Positions 1-11,995 of a DNA stretch of 64,000 bases are shown piece by piece (position 1 is the stretch's first letter; each line of letters begins with the position of its first letter). The DNA is from Macrostomum hystrix. Taxonomy: Eukaryota > Animalia > Platyhelminthes. The stretch spans positions 4,464,001 to 4,528,000 of the forward strand of contig CATNEN010000034.1 in the NCBI GenBank assembly GCA_950097015.1. The letters are read 5' to 3'. Position numbers and translations under genes: made by a program. The notes under the pieces are model-generated. The model was not told where the DNA came from. It did no database searches and saw only the letters and a list, made by a program, of their open reading frames with translations.

Positions 1-1727
1 TGGAGGCATTGAAATAGTTGCAGTTTGGCATAGCACAGAGGGCTTGTATTGTACACCGGCGCTTTAGTGAGGCAAACAAACAGGTGCATTTCAGGTGAAA
101 ATTTCTCATAAAAAATTATGTGAACCATAGGCGTTGCTGTCAGTTATGGTGAGTCGGAAAGCTCGTGCCACCAGTTTTCTTATCCCTCACTAACTTTCAA
201 TTCTTTATTTAAAGTCTTGCTCATTTAGAAAAAGTGTTAAATTTTCCTTTTAATGTATACTTAATTAGAAAGCCTACATATGGAAAGTGCGTTGCAACAT
301 TTCATCCGCCTCTGCCAAAGGAAAATGCTGCCAGATCATGACAAAAACTGTTCTAAACTCCAATAGTTTGCTTTATTGACTCGAAGTAACATTTTCGCTG
401 GCGTTTATGGCGATGTCGATGATCATAATCAGCTTAAGGTCAAGCCTCTTTAAAACTTCGTAGCACAACAAAAGATTTGAAAGAAAAGATGAAATTGGAG
501 CTATTAACTTCCGGTTGAAAGCTGGCTTCTGTCATAGGCAGGTTTAGATTGTTTATCCATGTCATCGGGTCTGATGGGCAGTGGATCAACAACTGTTAAT
601 GCGGCGCAGTATAAACAAAATCTTATAAATCTCTGCTAAATAGTAGGAGCTCTGGAAAACTATTAGCAAATTTTTCATCTGATTAAAGCGCTGACTTGCT
701 TGGTACAGCACAATGCGATCTCATATCAGTTGCAGTTTATTATTGCTGCCCAAGAGACAAACGAACCCGCTAGTTATGGACCAATGGTACAAGACTGGCA
801 GTTTATTACCCACGCGCGCTTCTCAGCATGAAATAATAATAATTTTAAAATTCAGCTGCTCAGCGCGGAAGTGTCCAAGCAGTCTGTTTTGAATTTCTGA
901 GGCTTATATAGTGCCGTTGGTAGCATAATTCCCATATTTTTGCTGTCCTAAGGGATATTGAATTGAGCTCCCCCTGGAAGCATTGCTAGTTGAGCCCACA
1001 CAGCAGCTGCAGTTGGGTGAGGTATTCTGTGGCTGCAAACTGCAGAGAGGGAATAAAGAGATAAGGTTGGGAGACATTAGCTGCTTCCTATTGACAAGCA
1101 TAGCCAGACTAGACACGGAGTCTATACTCCGAGTCTATGAAGCTTCTAGTCGGAGAGCGCAGGACACAAAGTGTCATGTCTGCCTGTTGCTGCGCAGAAG
1201 GTGCCCGTATCGTTTAAGTTCTCTTGAAAACAAAATTCGCTTCGTTCACCAAACTCTGCGCTTGCCAACTGGCGCAATGAATAAAAAATTCTCTTATGAT
1301 CTTTCAAAATGAGTTAAAGCAAGACCCGTGCTGAGAAGAGACTTCAGCAGCAGCAGCAGCAGCAGCTGAAAAGTGGATCTTCCCCCAAAACTGTCAAGTT
1401 AATTCTCGAAGCTCTAGATACTAGCAACTGCATTATCCTGAAGGTGATCGATTTAACAACCTCGCTTTGGACTTGGGCTTACGCTAGTGTGTGCAGACTT
1501 CTCTTCCGATTTCTGCTGTTGAGAACGCCATAAGGAAGACTCAAAATATTAGCCTTCCTAGCTTAACAAAAGCGCAGACGATCGACCAACCACCAGCATG
1601 TTTTTGCCAAAGCCGAAGCATACAGTATAAAGTATATAGAATGAGCCGCTATATTTTAATAAATAGAGTTTCTCAGAAACATTTTAAACCATGAATTCAA
1701 AGCGATTGATCTAAAACTGTTTTCCTT

Positions 1728-3058
1728 GTGTGTGCTCCAATATCTCAGATATTGAATATTGAATGCTGTGTGAGCTCCAATATCTAATGATGCGTGTGCT
1801 CCAATATCTAATGATGCGTGTGCTCCAATATCTAATGATGTGTGTGCTCCAATATCTCAGATATTGAATATTGAATGCTGTGTGAGCTCCAATATCTAAT
1901 GATGTGTGTGCTCCAATATCTAATGATGTGTGTGCTCCAATATCTAATGATGTGTGTGCTCCAATATCTAATGATGTGTGTGCTCCAATATCTAATGATG
2001 TGTGTGCTCCAATATCTAATGATGTGTGTGCTCCAATATCTAATGATGTGTGTGCTCCAATATCTAATGATGTGTGTGCTCCAATATCTAATGATGTGTG
2101 TGCTCCAATATCTAATGATGTGTGTGCTCCAATATCTAATGATGTGTGTGCTCCAATATCTAATGATGTGTGTGCTCCAATATCTAATGATGTGTGTGCT
2201 CCAATATCTAATGATGTGTGTGCTCCAATATCTAATGATGTGTGTGCTCCAATATCTAATGATGTGTGTGCTCCAATATCTAATGATGTGTGTGCTCCAA
2301 TATCTAATGATGTGTGTGCTCCAATATCTAATGATGTGTGTGCTCCAATATCTAATGATGTGTGTGCTCCAATATCTAATGATGTGTGTGCTCCAATATC
2401 TAATGATGTGTGTGCTCCAATATCTAATGATGTGTGTGCTCCAATATCTAATGATGTGTGTGCTCCAATATCTAATGATGTGTGTGCTCCAATATCTAAT
2501 GATCTGTGTGCTCCAATATCTAATGATGTGTGTGCTCCAATATCTAATGATGTGTGTGCTCCAATATCTAATGATCTGTGTGCTCCAATATCTAATGATG
2601 TGTGTGCTCCAATATCTAATGATGTGTGTGCTCCAATATCTAATGATGTGTGTGCTCCAATATCTAATGATGTGTGTGCTCCAATATCTAATGATGTGTG
2701 TGCTCCAATATCTAATGATGTGTGTGCTCCAATATCTAATGATGTGTGTGCTCCAATATCTAATGATGTGTGTGCTCCAATATCTAATGATGCGTGTGCT
2801 CCAATATCTAATGATGCGTGTGCTCCAATATCTAATGATGTGTGTGCTCCAATATCTAATGATGCGTGTGCTCCAATATCTAATGATGTGTGTGCTCCAA
2901 TATCTAATGATGCGTGTGCTCCAATATCTAATGATGCGTGTGCTCCAATATCTAATGATGTGTGTGCTCCAATATCTAATGATGTGTGTGCTCCAATATC
3001 TAATGATGCGTGTGCTCCAATATCTAATGATGTGTGTGCTCCAATATCTAATGATGCG
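1728..3058. repeat. 24-bp minisatellite (GTGTGTGCTCCAATATCTAATGAT)n, roughly 50 copies
   Basis: Directly visible tandem array. The long ORFs 1875-3071 and 1904-3088 are 8-aa periodic translations of it. Confidence 0.97.
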
Positions 3059-4558
3059 TACTTTGATTTAAAAAATGTTTTCCTTTAATCTGTCCGATCA
3101 TAAACGATCTATATTATTTTGGTTTAAAAAAAGAGTGTTTTAGCAATATCCTCGTCAATGTCAGCAAACCGCTGCAATTAGAGCTCTATTTTTGTACTAA
3201 ACTAAACCTAAATCCATGATAATCTGTTGCAACTGAAGCAATAGCCGATTTCCTGTTTGAAGATTAAACTTTAGAATAATTGGTTCCCAATGGAATCGGA
3301 ACTGAACGATTTCCGTTAAGAGAATGTTGGTGACTGCAAGAATTCCCGGCACAATGGAACAGGATGTAGCGATGCATCAGTCCCGCACTGCAATAGGAAC
3401 TTTCACATTCTGTGTCCTCGATTTCTAGCTTAATAACAAAGATTTGTACTCAAATTTGGCACGAATTGCCGAGAAAATTTTAATGCTTACTTGAATACGC
3501 ACTCATACGCACTGTTAGTAGTGTCACGTTTAGGCAAGGAAATCTACTGATTTTGTCCAAGCAATCTGTACACAAGATAGTGCAGTTGATAGGGCAGTTG
3601 ATAAAAATTCTAAACTAGAAAAAGGCCTTAAGTTTAGTTGGGATAACAAGCAAGCACATTATTTATGACTTTATAGTACTCAAACCAACTAGAATATACT
3701 CCTAAATTATGGTCACTAGCTTTAGTAGCACCAACAATCGACACGAAGGGTTAGAAAAAAGACAGACCTACAATGTAGGAAACTTGTAGGAATGTACCTT
3801 TGAACCTGTCGAGAATCTAAGAATCTAAGACCATCATTTTGCATAACTACGAGTATCTACTGATTTGCACATTTGTTGTATGTCGTAAGAAACTTTCAGA
3901 AGCAACGTGCCCAATGTACAAGTGCAGGAACGGCCTTTCCAAAAAATGAAAATACATTTTCCGTGTCTACGGAACAAATGCCATTAAAATAATTTCAAAC
4001 AAGAGCTTAGAATAATGTCTAGTACATGTTGCAATACAAATGCTTCATGAAACTCGCTGCAATCTAGAATGCTGTCATTCCTGTAGCTATTTTTAGACTG
4101 CGTGGACCAAGCTGGGGTGGGGGATAAGGACCCGATGCACATTCATGCCAGTTTAAAGCAATGTACACTCCCTGTACACAACTCCCAGGTGTGTTCCTTG
4201 CTTACAAGATTGCTTTACAATGGACCAATTTCATCTCAATTTCGTCATTCAGAGAGAGATCCCCATGCAGCGTTGCCATTGATGACCAAAGTTGAACAAC
4301 TCGTGAAGACAAACCAATGACCGACACGTTGCATTGCGGGGCGTGAATCATGCGATTGCACAACTTGAAGCAAAGACTCCCATTGTGCAGTGCAGTGCAT
4401 GGCAGAGCATAAATTGAAGAGACGGCAGTGCCATCCGAATTAAAAGCAGCCAAACTAGACTCAAACAAAGAGACTGAAGGCATCAGCGAATACGCGTGAA
4501 GTGGAAAATTCAAACCTCCCACAACTCAGATAATCTAAGACACCGCAAACGGAGCACA

Positions 4559-6319
4559 ATGGTTCGCGGACGAGGAGCTTTTCGAGGTCGAGGCGGACGC
4601 GGCGGCCGAGGACGCGGTGGCGGACGAGGCGGCGGTCGAGGCGGAGGCCGCGCTGCGGGCCGTCAGCAGCAGCCGGCGGAGGACGAGTGGGCCGTCGGGA
4701 AGGTGACGGATGCGGACGAGGCGCTGGACATTGCGGCAGACAGTAGCGCATTCTTCCTGGGCGTGACCAGCTTTGAGCAGCACACGCGAGCTCAGAGCAG
4801 CAACCGGACTCGATACGCTGCGGCCATCGCCGTGCTCACCAAGTCCGGAGTCGAGATCAACCAGAACGCCCGGGTTCGCGCCCTGGCGGCGGCCTGGGCC
4901 CGCGGCGATCCGGTCCTGGCCTCCGGACTGCTCAAGCTTCGAGGCAGCTTCGGAGTCGCCGAGGTTCTGAAGGCGGCCACCATGCTGGACTCCGGCCGGA
5001 AGATCCGCGAGTGGGAGAAGCGACTGGCCAAGGCGCAGAGCCAGCCAGGCGGAGCCAAGAAGAAGCTTGTCAGCAAAGTCAAGTACAACATTGACAACCT
5101 GTCGGCCATTCGGCCGGCTCAGGGCTCGGCCAGCGGCGCCTTCTGCCGACATGTGCAGCGCTGGGTGCGCAGCTTCTCTGCAGCCGAGCTCGAGTACTTT
5201 GCTCTGCACATGTCCAAGGACCCGTGGAAGAAGCTGGCCGACATTTGCCACCTGAACCCGACAACGGACTTCCCCGCAGCGCCCTGGTTCCTGCCGTTCT
5301 GCTTCGGCGCCGAGGCTCCGGACGGGACGCTGGCCAAGCAGTGCAGCGTCATCACTCCGGAGAACGTGAACGAGATCCTGGCAGATCGAGCGCTGCCCTT
5401 CTCCGAGATTCGCCGCTTCCTCGCCCACATGACCAACGAGACGAAGGCGCGGGTGGTGCGCAACGACGACCGAGTCGACCGCGGCATCTGGTGGTACGAG
5501 GACGTCAAGTGTTCCGAGGTCGATGCAGCCATCGAAGAGCGGCTGCGCAACGGCGAGCGAGTCACCCTCACCTACGGCAAGCTGATGGAGCGCCTGCTGC
5601 TCTTCTCCGGCATGTCGCCCGTGCCCAGCTTCTACCAGCTGCTCATTCCCGCCGCTGAGCAGAAGCTCCAGGAGACCTCTCTCAACCTGGATTCTCCCGT
5701 GGTGGTCATCGGCGACGCGTCCTCCTCCATGGGCGTGGCCATCAGGACCGCCACCATCATCTCCTCGCTGCTGTCTGCCATCATCAAGTGCGACCTCGTC
5801 TTTTTCAACACCAACTCCTGGCGACCCGAGGCCAGTCCCCGCACCATCGAGGAGGTGCTGAGTCTCGCCCGCAGCACCAGCGCCTCCGGCTGCACCGCCC
5901 ACGCCGCCGCTCTGCACCCCTACTACGAGCGCAAGGAGCTCGTCAAGACCTTCATCGTGGTCACCGACGAGGAGGAGAACACCGACTTCAAGGGCACCCG
6001 GTTCTTCCCGCTCTTCGAGCTCTATTGCCAGGAGGTGTTCAACGCCAAGCTCGTCTTCGTCTCCTTCCTCAGGCAGCAGCACGCCAAGGGCCAGATGGTG
6101 AGCGAGGCTGCGAGGCGAGGACTCAGCGTCCAGCAGTTTGTGCTCAACGGCAGCCGGCCCGACCTCAACAAGCTGGACAGCATCCTGGGCCGCCTGGGCG
6201 TCCAGTGCGACACCTTCGAGGACGAGGTGCGCAAGATGACTGACCGCATCAGCTCCGAGGGCCTCCACGAGGTTCTCGGCCAGCTGTTTAGCAGCGACTC
6301 CGCCTTCGACGAGCTGTGA
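4559..6319 (+). CDS. RGG-rich + TROVE-like + vWA (Ro60/TEP1-type) putative RNA-binding protein, copy A (586 aa, intronless)
   Basis: The ATG at 4559 starts a GC-rich ORF with an N-terminal RG/RGG tract. The C-terminal vWA fold has MIDAS residues DASSS, the T of SGCT and the D of VTDEEEN, the same layout as the Ro60 vWA (DVSASM...GGT...FTDNE). KKLADICHLNP and LPFSEIRR recall TEP1 TROVE motifs. Family assigned by eye, no database search. Confidence 0.75.
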   Translation: MVRGRGAFRGRGGRGGRGRGGGRGGGRGGGRAAGRQQQPAEDEWAVGKVTDADEALDIAADSSAFFLGVTSFEQHTRAQSSNRTRYAAAIAVLTKSGVEINQNARVRALAAAWARGDPVLASGLLKLRGSFGVAEVLKAATMLDSGRKIREWEKRLAKAQSQPGGAKKKLVSKVKYNIDNLSAIRPAQGSASGAFCRHVQRWVRSFSAAELEYFALHMSKDPWKKLADICHLNPTTDFPAAPWFLPFCFGAEAPDGTLAKQCSVITPENVNEILADRALPFSEIRRFLAHMTNETKARVVRNDDRVDRGIWWYEDVKCSEVDAAIEERLRNGERVTLTYGKLMERLLLFSGMSPVPSFYQLLIPAAEQKLQETSLNLDSPVVVIGDASSSMGVAIRTATIISSLLSAIIKCDLVFFNTNSWRPEASPRTIEEVLSLARSTSASGCTAHAAALHPYYERKELVKTFIVVTDEEENTDFKGTRFFPLFELYCQEVFNAKLVFVSFLRQQHAKGQMVSEAARRGLSVQQFVLNGSRPDLNKLDSILGRLGVQCDTFEDEVRKMTDRISSEGLHEVLGQLFSSDSAFDEL

Positions 6320-6775
6320 CTTCAGCACCGGTCTGAGCTGGCTGGAATTGCTGCTGCATCTACTTGAATGCAGTCTTTTAGCACAATTCTGTGTACAGAA
6401 AGGAAACTGTGGTGTTTTTTATGTTCAATTCAAAAGATTTATTCGTTTTTTGTATAGTGATTTTCTATCAGAATGCTATCTTTTTTGCTTTCCTCTAATC
6501 AGAATCCCCCATGCGAATGGTTATTATACGTATTCCACGTTGTACTCAAGGACCACTAGTAGTTAGTATTAGTCCTCCTTACTACTGTTTAGAAGTCCTT
6601 GTTTGTATTTTACCGGAGATATTTTACTTGCATAGTTACACTCCTGTGTACTTTCGCGTAACGAAGACCAAGTTAAGCTGAGCTTCAGGTGTGAAATTGT
6701 ACACAACAAATGCTTGAGCAGAAGAGAAGATTAAAGAACAGAGCAAAACAAGACAGAACAGAACAGAATAGAGCA

Positions 6776-9070
6776 TGTTGAGTTTCACAAGCTCAAACTC
6801 AAGATATGTTAGGGATAGACGAATAGACGTCTTAGACGAATACACAAAGCTTCGTTCGTCATTTTTGTCCGGTTCCGTGGCCGTGCTGTATGACGCTAGT
6901 CACTTGCCAAAACACTCTCACCCTTCATCGAAATCTCGCCATTCTTGGGAATTGTGCCAGGTTGCCTGGTACTCGATTTGCCGATCCAGTCCAGTGCGGA
7001 TTTGACGTTTAAACAGCCACTCGGCCGGTGCGACCTTGGTTGCCGCATGCGGTGTCGCCCTGTACCTCAGCAGGAACTCGGCCAGCACCTGGTCCAGGCA
7101 TTTTTCACCGTTGTAGTTCGTGTCACTCTTTACATTTGTTCATCACACTTACTTTAAGAAAGTCTTGTAATTTACTGGATGCACACAGGGACACGAGCTG
7201 CAGGAGTATCTCAGGGCATGCAAATTTTTTTCGCAAATCTTTAACAGTAGAAAAAGCGCGCCATTAAAGACGTTGAGAGATATTCAACGATTCCGCCGGG
7301 GTGTCTGGTGCCAAAAACTACCAATATAGGCATAGTTTTTCTGCTCACAAAATTTTATCATGTAGCAGGATCGGCTACCATTGTTGACTATTTTGGATTA
7401 ATTTGATTGTAAACTTTTCTTTTTGAACCAATACGGATTCGCCATCGATGCTTATACAGAGCAATGATACTTGTCCATGTCACCAAGGTCTCCGTTTAGA
7501 ATCGCTGAATATCTCGACGATGATCACGTCGGACGGCTTTGAAAGTTTGTTCACCATACAGGGCGAAACACTTTGGTCCAAATGGTGGACTTTGACGACA
7601 ATCAATCATTCGGTTTTGGATTAATGATATCCTAAAGTCTATGAGCAATATTTGCCAGGGTTCTTATCGTCGCCCCGAAGACAATCGATAGAGCTTCCTT
7701 GTCAATTTGAGCCTAGTTCGTCTCGCTGATAGTCAAGGTTCTGCTGGCGTAGCAAATCTGGTGCCCTATTGCATCAGGAAAAGTGCGATTAATGACTGCT
7801 CCCAGTGCAGAGGAGCTATCGCAGGACAACACAGGACCCGACAAATGTTTTTTTTGGGTCGTAGTAAGTTAGACCCAGTGGTGATGTCAGTCTTTTCTGT
7901 ACAGCACGAAAAGATTGCTCAAATTCTGACGATCAATTAAATTTAAAGTCCTTACACAGGAGCTGGTTTAATGGGTGGAACACTGAGGTCAGGTCAGCCA
8001 GGAACTTGGAGTCATATTGGACCACCTTGATAAGTGATGGACCTCGGAGACATTAGTCAGATGTGGGGCATCCAGAATTGCCTTGACCTTGTCTCAAGAT
8101 TTATGCAGCCTATCTTTATCGATAACGTGTCCCGATTTCATAAATGAGCATTTTGCCGGGTTTAAAGTCAATCCATGCACACGGAATCGCTGGAGGACTT
8201 GTCTTAAGCTTTTCAGGGTGTAACTGCTTATCGGCGCTCTTGATTAGTGCATCATCTCTGTAGCAGACAGTGCGGTGATGCATATTCGCACATTAGGGTT
8301 CGAGTCTTGCACCTGTGGCACTTCGCTTAACTTTGATCAGCTATTTCTAACGCTTGTGCCATGACAATTTGAAAAGCGCTTCGAAAGTGCAATCAGCTTC
8401 TTTTTCCTGTAGCAACCGCTTCTGGATCTGGGCGTCCGCCAGTCCACATTTACACCACACTTCCAGGCACGAAAGCAGACACAGAAATTGCGATACAGCA
8501 GAAATCGAGCATAAGGAGGGCACTGTCTATGGCACAGAAAGGATATATTTGGCACCACGCTGCGCGAGAGAGACAAAGCTGGGCAACACTCGGGTGCCAG
8601 CCGAAATACAACTCAGCTCAAGGCGGCGGGGTGGGTGTCTGGGGTGGGTGTTTACACCCAATCAGCGAGCGCCGATTGGACGCAACAGATCGGTCCCGCA
8701 GCATGTCACCTAAGTAGCTATCAAACTTCTCAAATAAGCCAGAAGGTCTGCCCTGCTTTCTCCGTCGCGCTGAGTAATCCTGAGTAATCCATTGGCCTGT
8801 TCGAATCGTTCAATGTACGGCTGCTAATCCTCTGGATTTGCCGTGTCGAATGCTTCGACGGCTTTCTAAATCCTCGTCACCAATGTTGAGTTTCAGGAAC
8901 TCAAACATCTAAATATAAGTTAGGGAAAATACTTCCATAATAGCTCGCCCAAAGCGAAGCCAGCGCGGTCCTTATATTTGTAACCGATTTGCCATGTGAT
9001 TATATAAAATAGACTGGTATTGCTAACACAAGTGCCACAGACAGATAATACACAGCAGAACAGAACAAAA
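6776..9070 (-). mobile_element. Decayed, internally deleted Ty3/Gypsy LTR retrotransposon
   Basis: On the minus strand: PBS-like TGGTGACGAGGA at 8882-8871 after an LTR-like end (...CTCAACA), gag remnants (VEAFDTANPED*QPYIERFEQ; LGDMLRDR; CGLADAQIQKRLLQE), RT/RNase H remnants (CYRDDALI at ~8265-8242; VLQRFRVHGLTL; GHVIDKD..DKVKAILDAP; ICYASRTL; QIDKEALSIVFG) and an integrase C-terminus (LAEFLLRYRATPHAATKVAPAEWLFKRQIRT at ~7090-7000). Many stops and frameshifts. TGTTGAGTTTCA occurs at both 6776 and 8884. The right boundary is approximate. Confidence 0.85.
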
Positions 9071-9073
9071 CAG

Positions 9074-9697
9074 ATGAAGGATGGATGATGGATTATAGAT
9101 GATGGATGATGGAGGATGGACGATGGATATAATGCAGGATGGATGAAGGATGATGGATCATGGATCATGGATAATGCAGGATGGATGAAGGATTATGGAT
9201 GATGATTGATGAATAATGCAGGATGGATAAAGGATGATGGATGACTGATGATGGATGATGGATGATGGATAATGCAGGATGGATGAAGGATGATGGATGA
9301 TAATTGATGGATAATGCAGGATGGATGAAGGATGATGGATGATGGATGATGGATAATGCAGGATGGATGAAGGATGATGGATGATGGATGATGGATAATG
9401 CAGGATGGATGAAGGATGATGGATGATGGATGATGGATAATGCAGGATGGATGAAGGATGATGGATGATAATTGATGGATAATGCAGGATGGATGAAGGA
9501 TGATGAATGATGGATCATGGATAATGCAGGGTGGATGAAGGATGATGGATGATAATTGATGGATAATGCTGGATGGATGATGGATGATGGATGATAATTG
9601 ATGAATAATGCTGGATGGATGATTGATGATGGATGGTCTATGATGGGTGATTTATGATTGATGATGGATGATGGATGATGGATGATGGATGATGGAT
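9074..9697. repeat. Compound (GATG/GGAT)-rich microsatellite/minisatellite
   Basis: Directly visible GATGGATGAT/ATAATGCAGGATGGATGAAG repeats. Confidence 0.93.
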
Positions 9698-10264
9698 ATG
9701 GAGGCGGTACTCTGGATGCTTTTATAATCCAAGAGTCTGGAGTTCAAATTTAAGCCATTGAGCAACTATTTCTGTGCTTAAACAAAACGCTAAGATCTCC
9801 ATCAGGCTTGATTCCTAATTAGGCTGTACTTGTTGCTCTACTGAATTAGCATTTGCATATCAATCAGCAATCAGTAACCGTCAGTCATGCAAGACCGATG
9901 ACAGGTGTCAGGTGTCAATGACTCATTCATGCTTCAGAAGTATCAGATATTTAAGTTACTACAGATAATAGACAAATTTAAAATTGACTGACATATATTT
10001 CTATTCATATATATATATTTTTTAGTAAAACAGAATCGTGTTATGAGATACAAGAGACCGAAATAAGCTCCTGTAAAGGCGAAATCACTGCAGACTACAA
10101 AAATGAAGAAACATTTCTAGGCAAGAATATGTCAATCCTGAAGATAACTATAAAAATGATTCAGAAAAAAGGCTACAATTGAGACTGCTTCGTGAAGTAG
10201 AAAATTATCATGCGCGCAGCAACCGAATAGAAGTTTTAAAGAAACACTGAGACCGGTGCTGAAG

Positions 10265-11995
10265 TCACAGCTCGTCGAAGGCGGAGTCGCTGCTAAACAG
10301 CTGGCCGAGAACCTCGTGGAGGCCCTCGGAGCTGATGCGGTCAGTCATCTTGCGCACCTCGTCCTCGAAGGTGTCGCACTGGACGCCCAGGCGGCCCAGG
10401 ATGCTGTCCAGCTTGTTGAGGTCGGGCCGGCTGCCGTTGAGCACAAACTGCTGGACGCTGAGTCCTCGCCTCGCAGCCTCGCTCACCATCTGGCCCTTGG
10501 CGTGCTGCTGCCTGAGGAAGGAGACGAAGACGAGCTTGGCGTTGAACACCTCCTGGCAATAGAGCTCGAAGAGCGGGAAGAACCGGGTGCCCTTGAAGTC
10601 GGTGTTCTCCTCCTCGTCGGTGACCACGATGAAGGTCTTGACGAGCTCCTTGCGCTCGTAGTAGGGGTGCAGAGCGGCGGCGTGGGCGGTGCAGCCGGAG
10701 GCGCTGGTGCTGCGGGCGAGACTCAGCACCTCCTCGATGGTGCGGGGACTGGCCTCGGGTCGCCAGGAGTTGGTGTTGAAAAAGACGAGGTCGCACTTGA
10801 TGATGGCAGACAGCAGCGAGGAGATGATGGTGGCGGTCCTGATGGCCACGCCCATGGAGGAGGACGCGTCGCCGATGACCACCACGGGAGACTCCAGGTT
10901 GAGAGAGGTCTCCTGGAGCTTCTGCTCAGCGGCGGGAATGAGCAGCTGGTAGAAGCTGGGCACGGGCGACATGCCGGAGAAGAGCAGCAGGCGCTCCATC
11001 AGCTTGCCGTAGGTGAGGGTGACTCGCTCGCCGTTGCGCAGCCGCTCTTCGATGGCTGCATCGACCTCGGAACACTTGACGTCCTCGTACCACCAGATGC
11101 CGCGGTCGACTCGGTCGTCGTTGCGCACCACCCGCGCCTTCGTCTCGTTGGTCATGTGGGCGAGGAAGCGGCGAATCTCGGAGAAGGGCAGCGCTCGATC
11201 TGCCAGGATCTCGTTCACGTTCTCCGGAGTGATGACGCTGCACTGCTTGGCCAGCGTCCCGTCCGGAGCCTCGGCGCCGAAGCAGAACGGCAGGAACCAG
11301 GGCGCTGCGGGGAAGTCCGTTGTCGGGTTCAGGTGGCAAATGTCGGCCAGCTTCTTCCACGGGTCCTTGGACATGTGCAGAGCAAAGTACTCGAGCTCGG
11401 CTGCAGAGAAGCTGCGCACCCAGCGCTGCACATGTCGGCAGAAGGCGCCGCTGGCCGAGCCCTGAGCCGGCCGAATGGCCGACAGGTTGTCAATGTTGTA
11501 CTTGACTTTGCTGACAAGCTTCTTCTTGGCTCCGCCTGGCTGGCTCTGCGCCTTGGCCAGTCGCTTCTCCCACTCGCGGATCTTCCGGCCGGAGTCCAGC
11601 ATGGTGGCCGCCTTCAGAACCTCGGCGACTCCGAAGCTGCCTCGAAGCTTGAGCAGTCCGGAGGCCAGGGCCGGATCGCCGCGGGCCCAGGCCGCCGCCA
11701 GGGCGCGAACCCGGGCGTTCTGGTTGATCTCGACTCCGGACTTGGTGAGCACGGCGATGGCCGCAGCGTATCGAGTCCGGTTGCTGCTCTGAGCTCGCGT
11801 GTGCTGCTCAAAGCTGGTCACGCCCAGGAAGAATGCGCTACTGTCTGCCGCAATGTCCAGCGCCTCGTCCGCATCCGTCACCTTCCCGACGGCCCACTCG
11901 TCCTCCGCCGGCTGCTGCTGACGGCCCGCAGCGCGGCCTCCGCCTCGACCGCCGCGTCCGCCTCGACCTCGAAAAGCTCCTCGTCCGCGAACCAT
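10265..11995 (-). CDS. RGG-rich + TROVE-like + vWA protein, copy B (576 aa, intronless), inverted near-identical duplicate of 4559-6319
   Basis: ATG at 11995, TGA at 10265. Identical to copy A except a 30-nt in-frame deletion in the RGG tract and two missense changes (DPVL>DPAL, NLDS>NLES). Confidence 0.75.
   Translation of the reverse strand: MVRGRGAFRGRGGRGGRGGGRAAGRQQQPAEDEWAVGKVTDADEALDIAADSSAFFLGVTSFEQHTRAQSSNRTRYAAAIAVLTKSGVEINQNARVRALAAAWARGDPALASGLLKLRGSFGVAEVLKAATMLDSGRKIREWEKRLAKAQSQPGGAKKKLVSKVKYNIDNLSAIRPAQGSASGAFCRHVQRWVRSFSAAELEYFALHMSKDPWKKLADICHLNPTTDFPAAPWFLPFCFGAEAPDGTLAKQCSVITPENVNEILADRALPFSEIRRFLAHMTNETKARVVRNDDRVDRGIWWYEDVKCSEVDAAIEERLRNGERVTLTYGKLMERLLLFSGMSPVPSFYQLLIPAAEQKLQETSLNLESPVVVIGDASSSMGVAIRTATIISSLLSAIIKCDLVFFNTNSWRPEASPRTIEEVLSLARSTSASGCTAHAAALHPYYERKELVKTFIVVTDEEENTDFKGTRFFPLFELYCQEVFNAKLVFVSFLRQQHAKGQMVSEAARRGLSVQQFVLNGSRPDLNKLDSILGRLGVQCDTFEDEVRKMTDRISSEGLHEVLGQLFSSDSAFDEL

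Noticed and set aside
983-1312. Short ORFs in 900-1700, 4102-4320 and 55800-56350
   Set aside because: No homology, splice structure or codon bias that I can recognise.
1875-3088. Long periodic ORFs in the 24-mer array (likewise 25348-27691, 30618-33421, 43450-44209, 48681-49101, 58913-60313)
   Set aside because: These are translations of stop-free tandem repeats inside introns or intergenic DNA, with no evidence of coding function.
4535-6328. 597-aa antisense ORF (and its twin at 10256-12034) spanning the TROVE-vWA gene
   Set aside because: It is in the exact antiparallel codon frame of a GC3-rich gene, where stops are rare, and has no recognisable domain.
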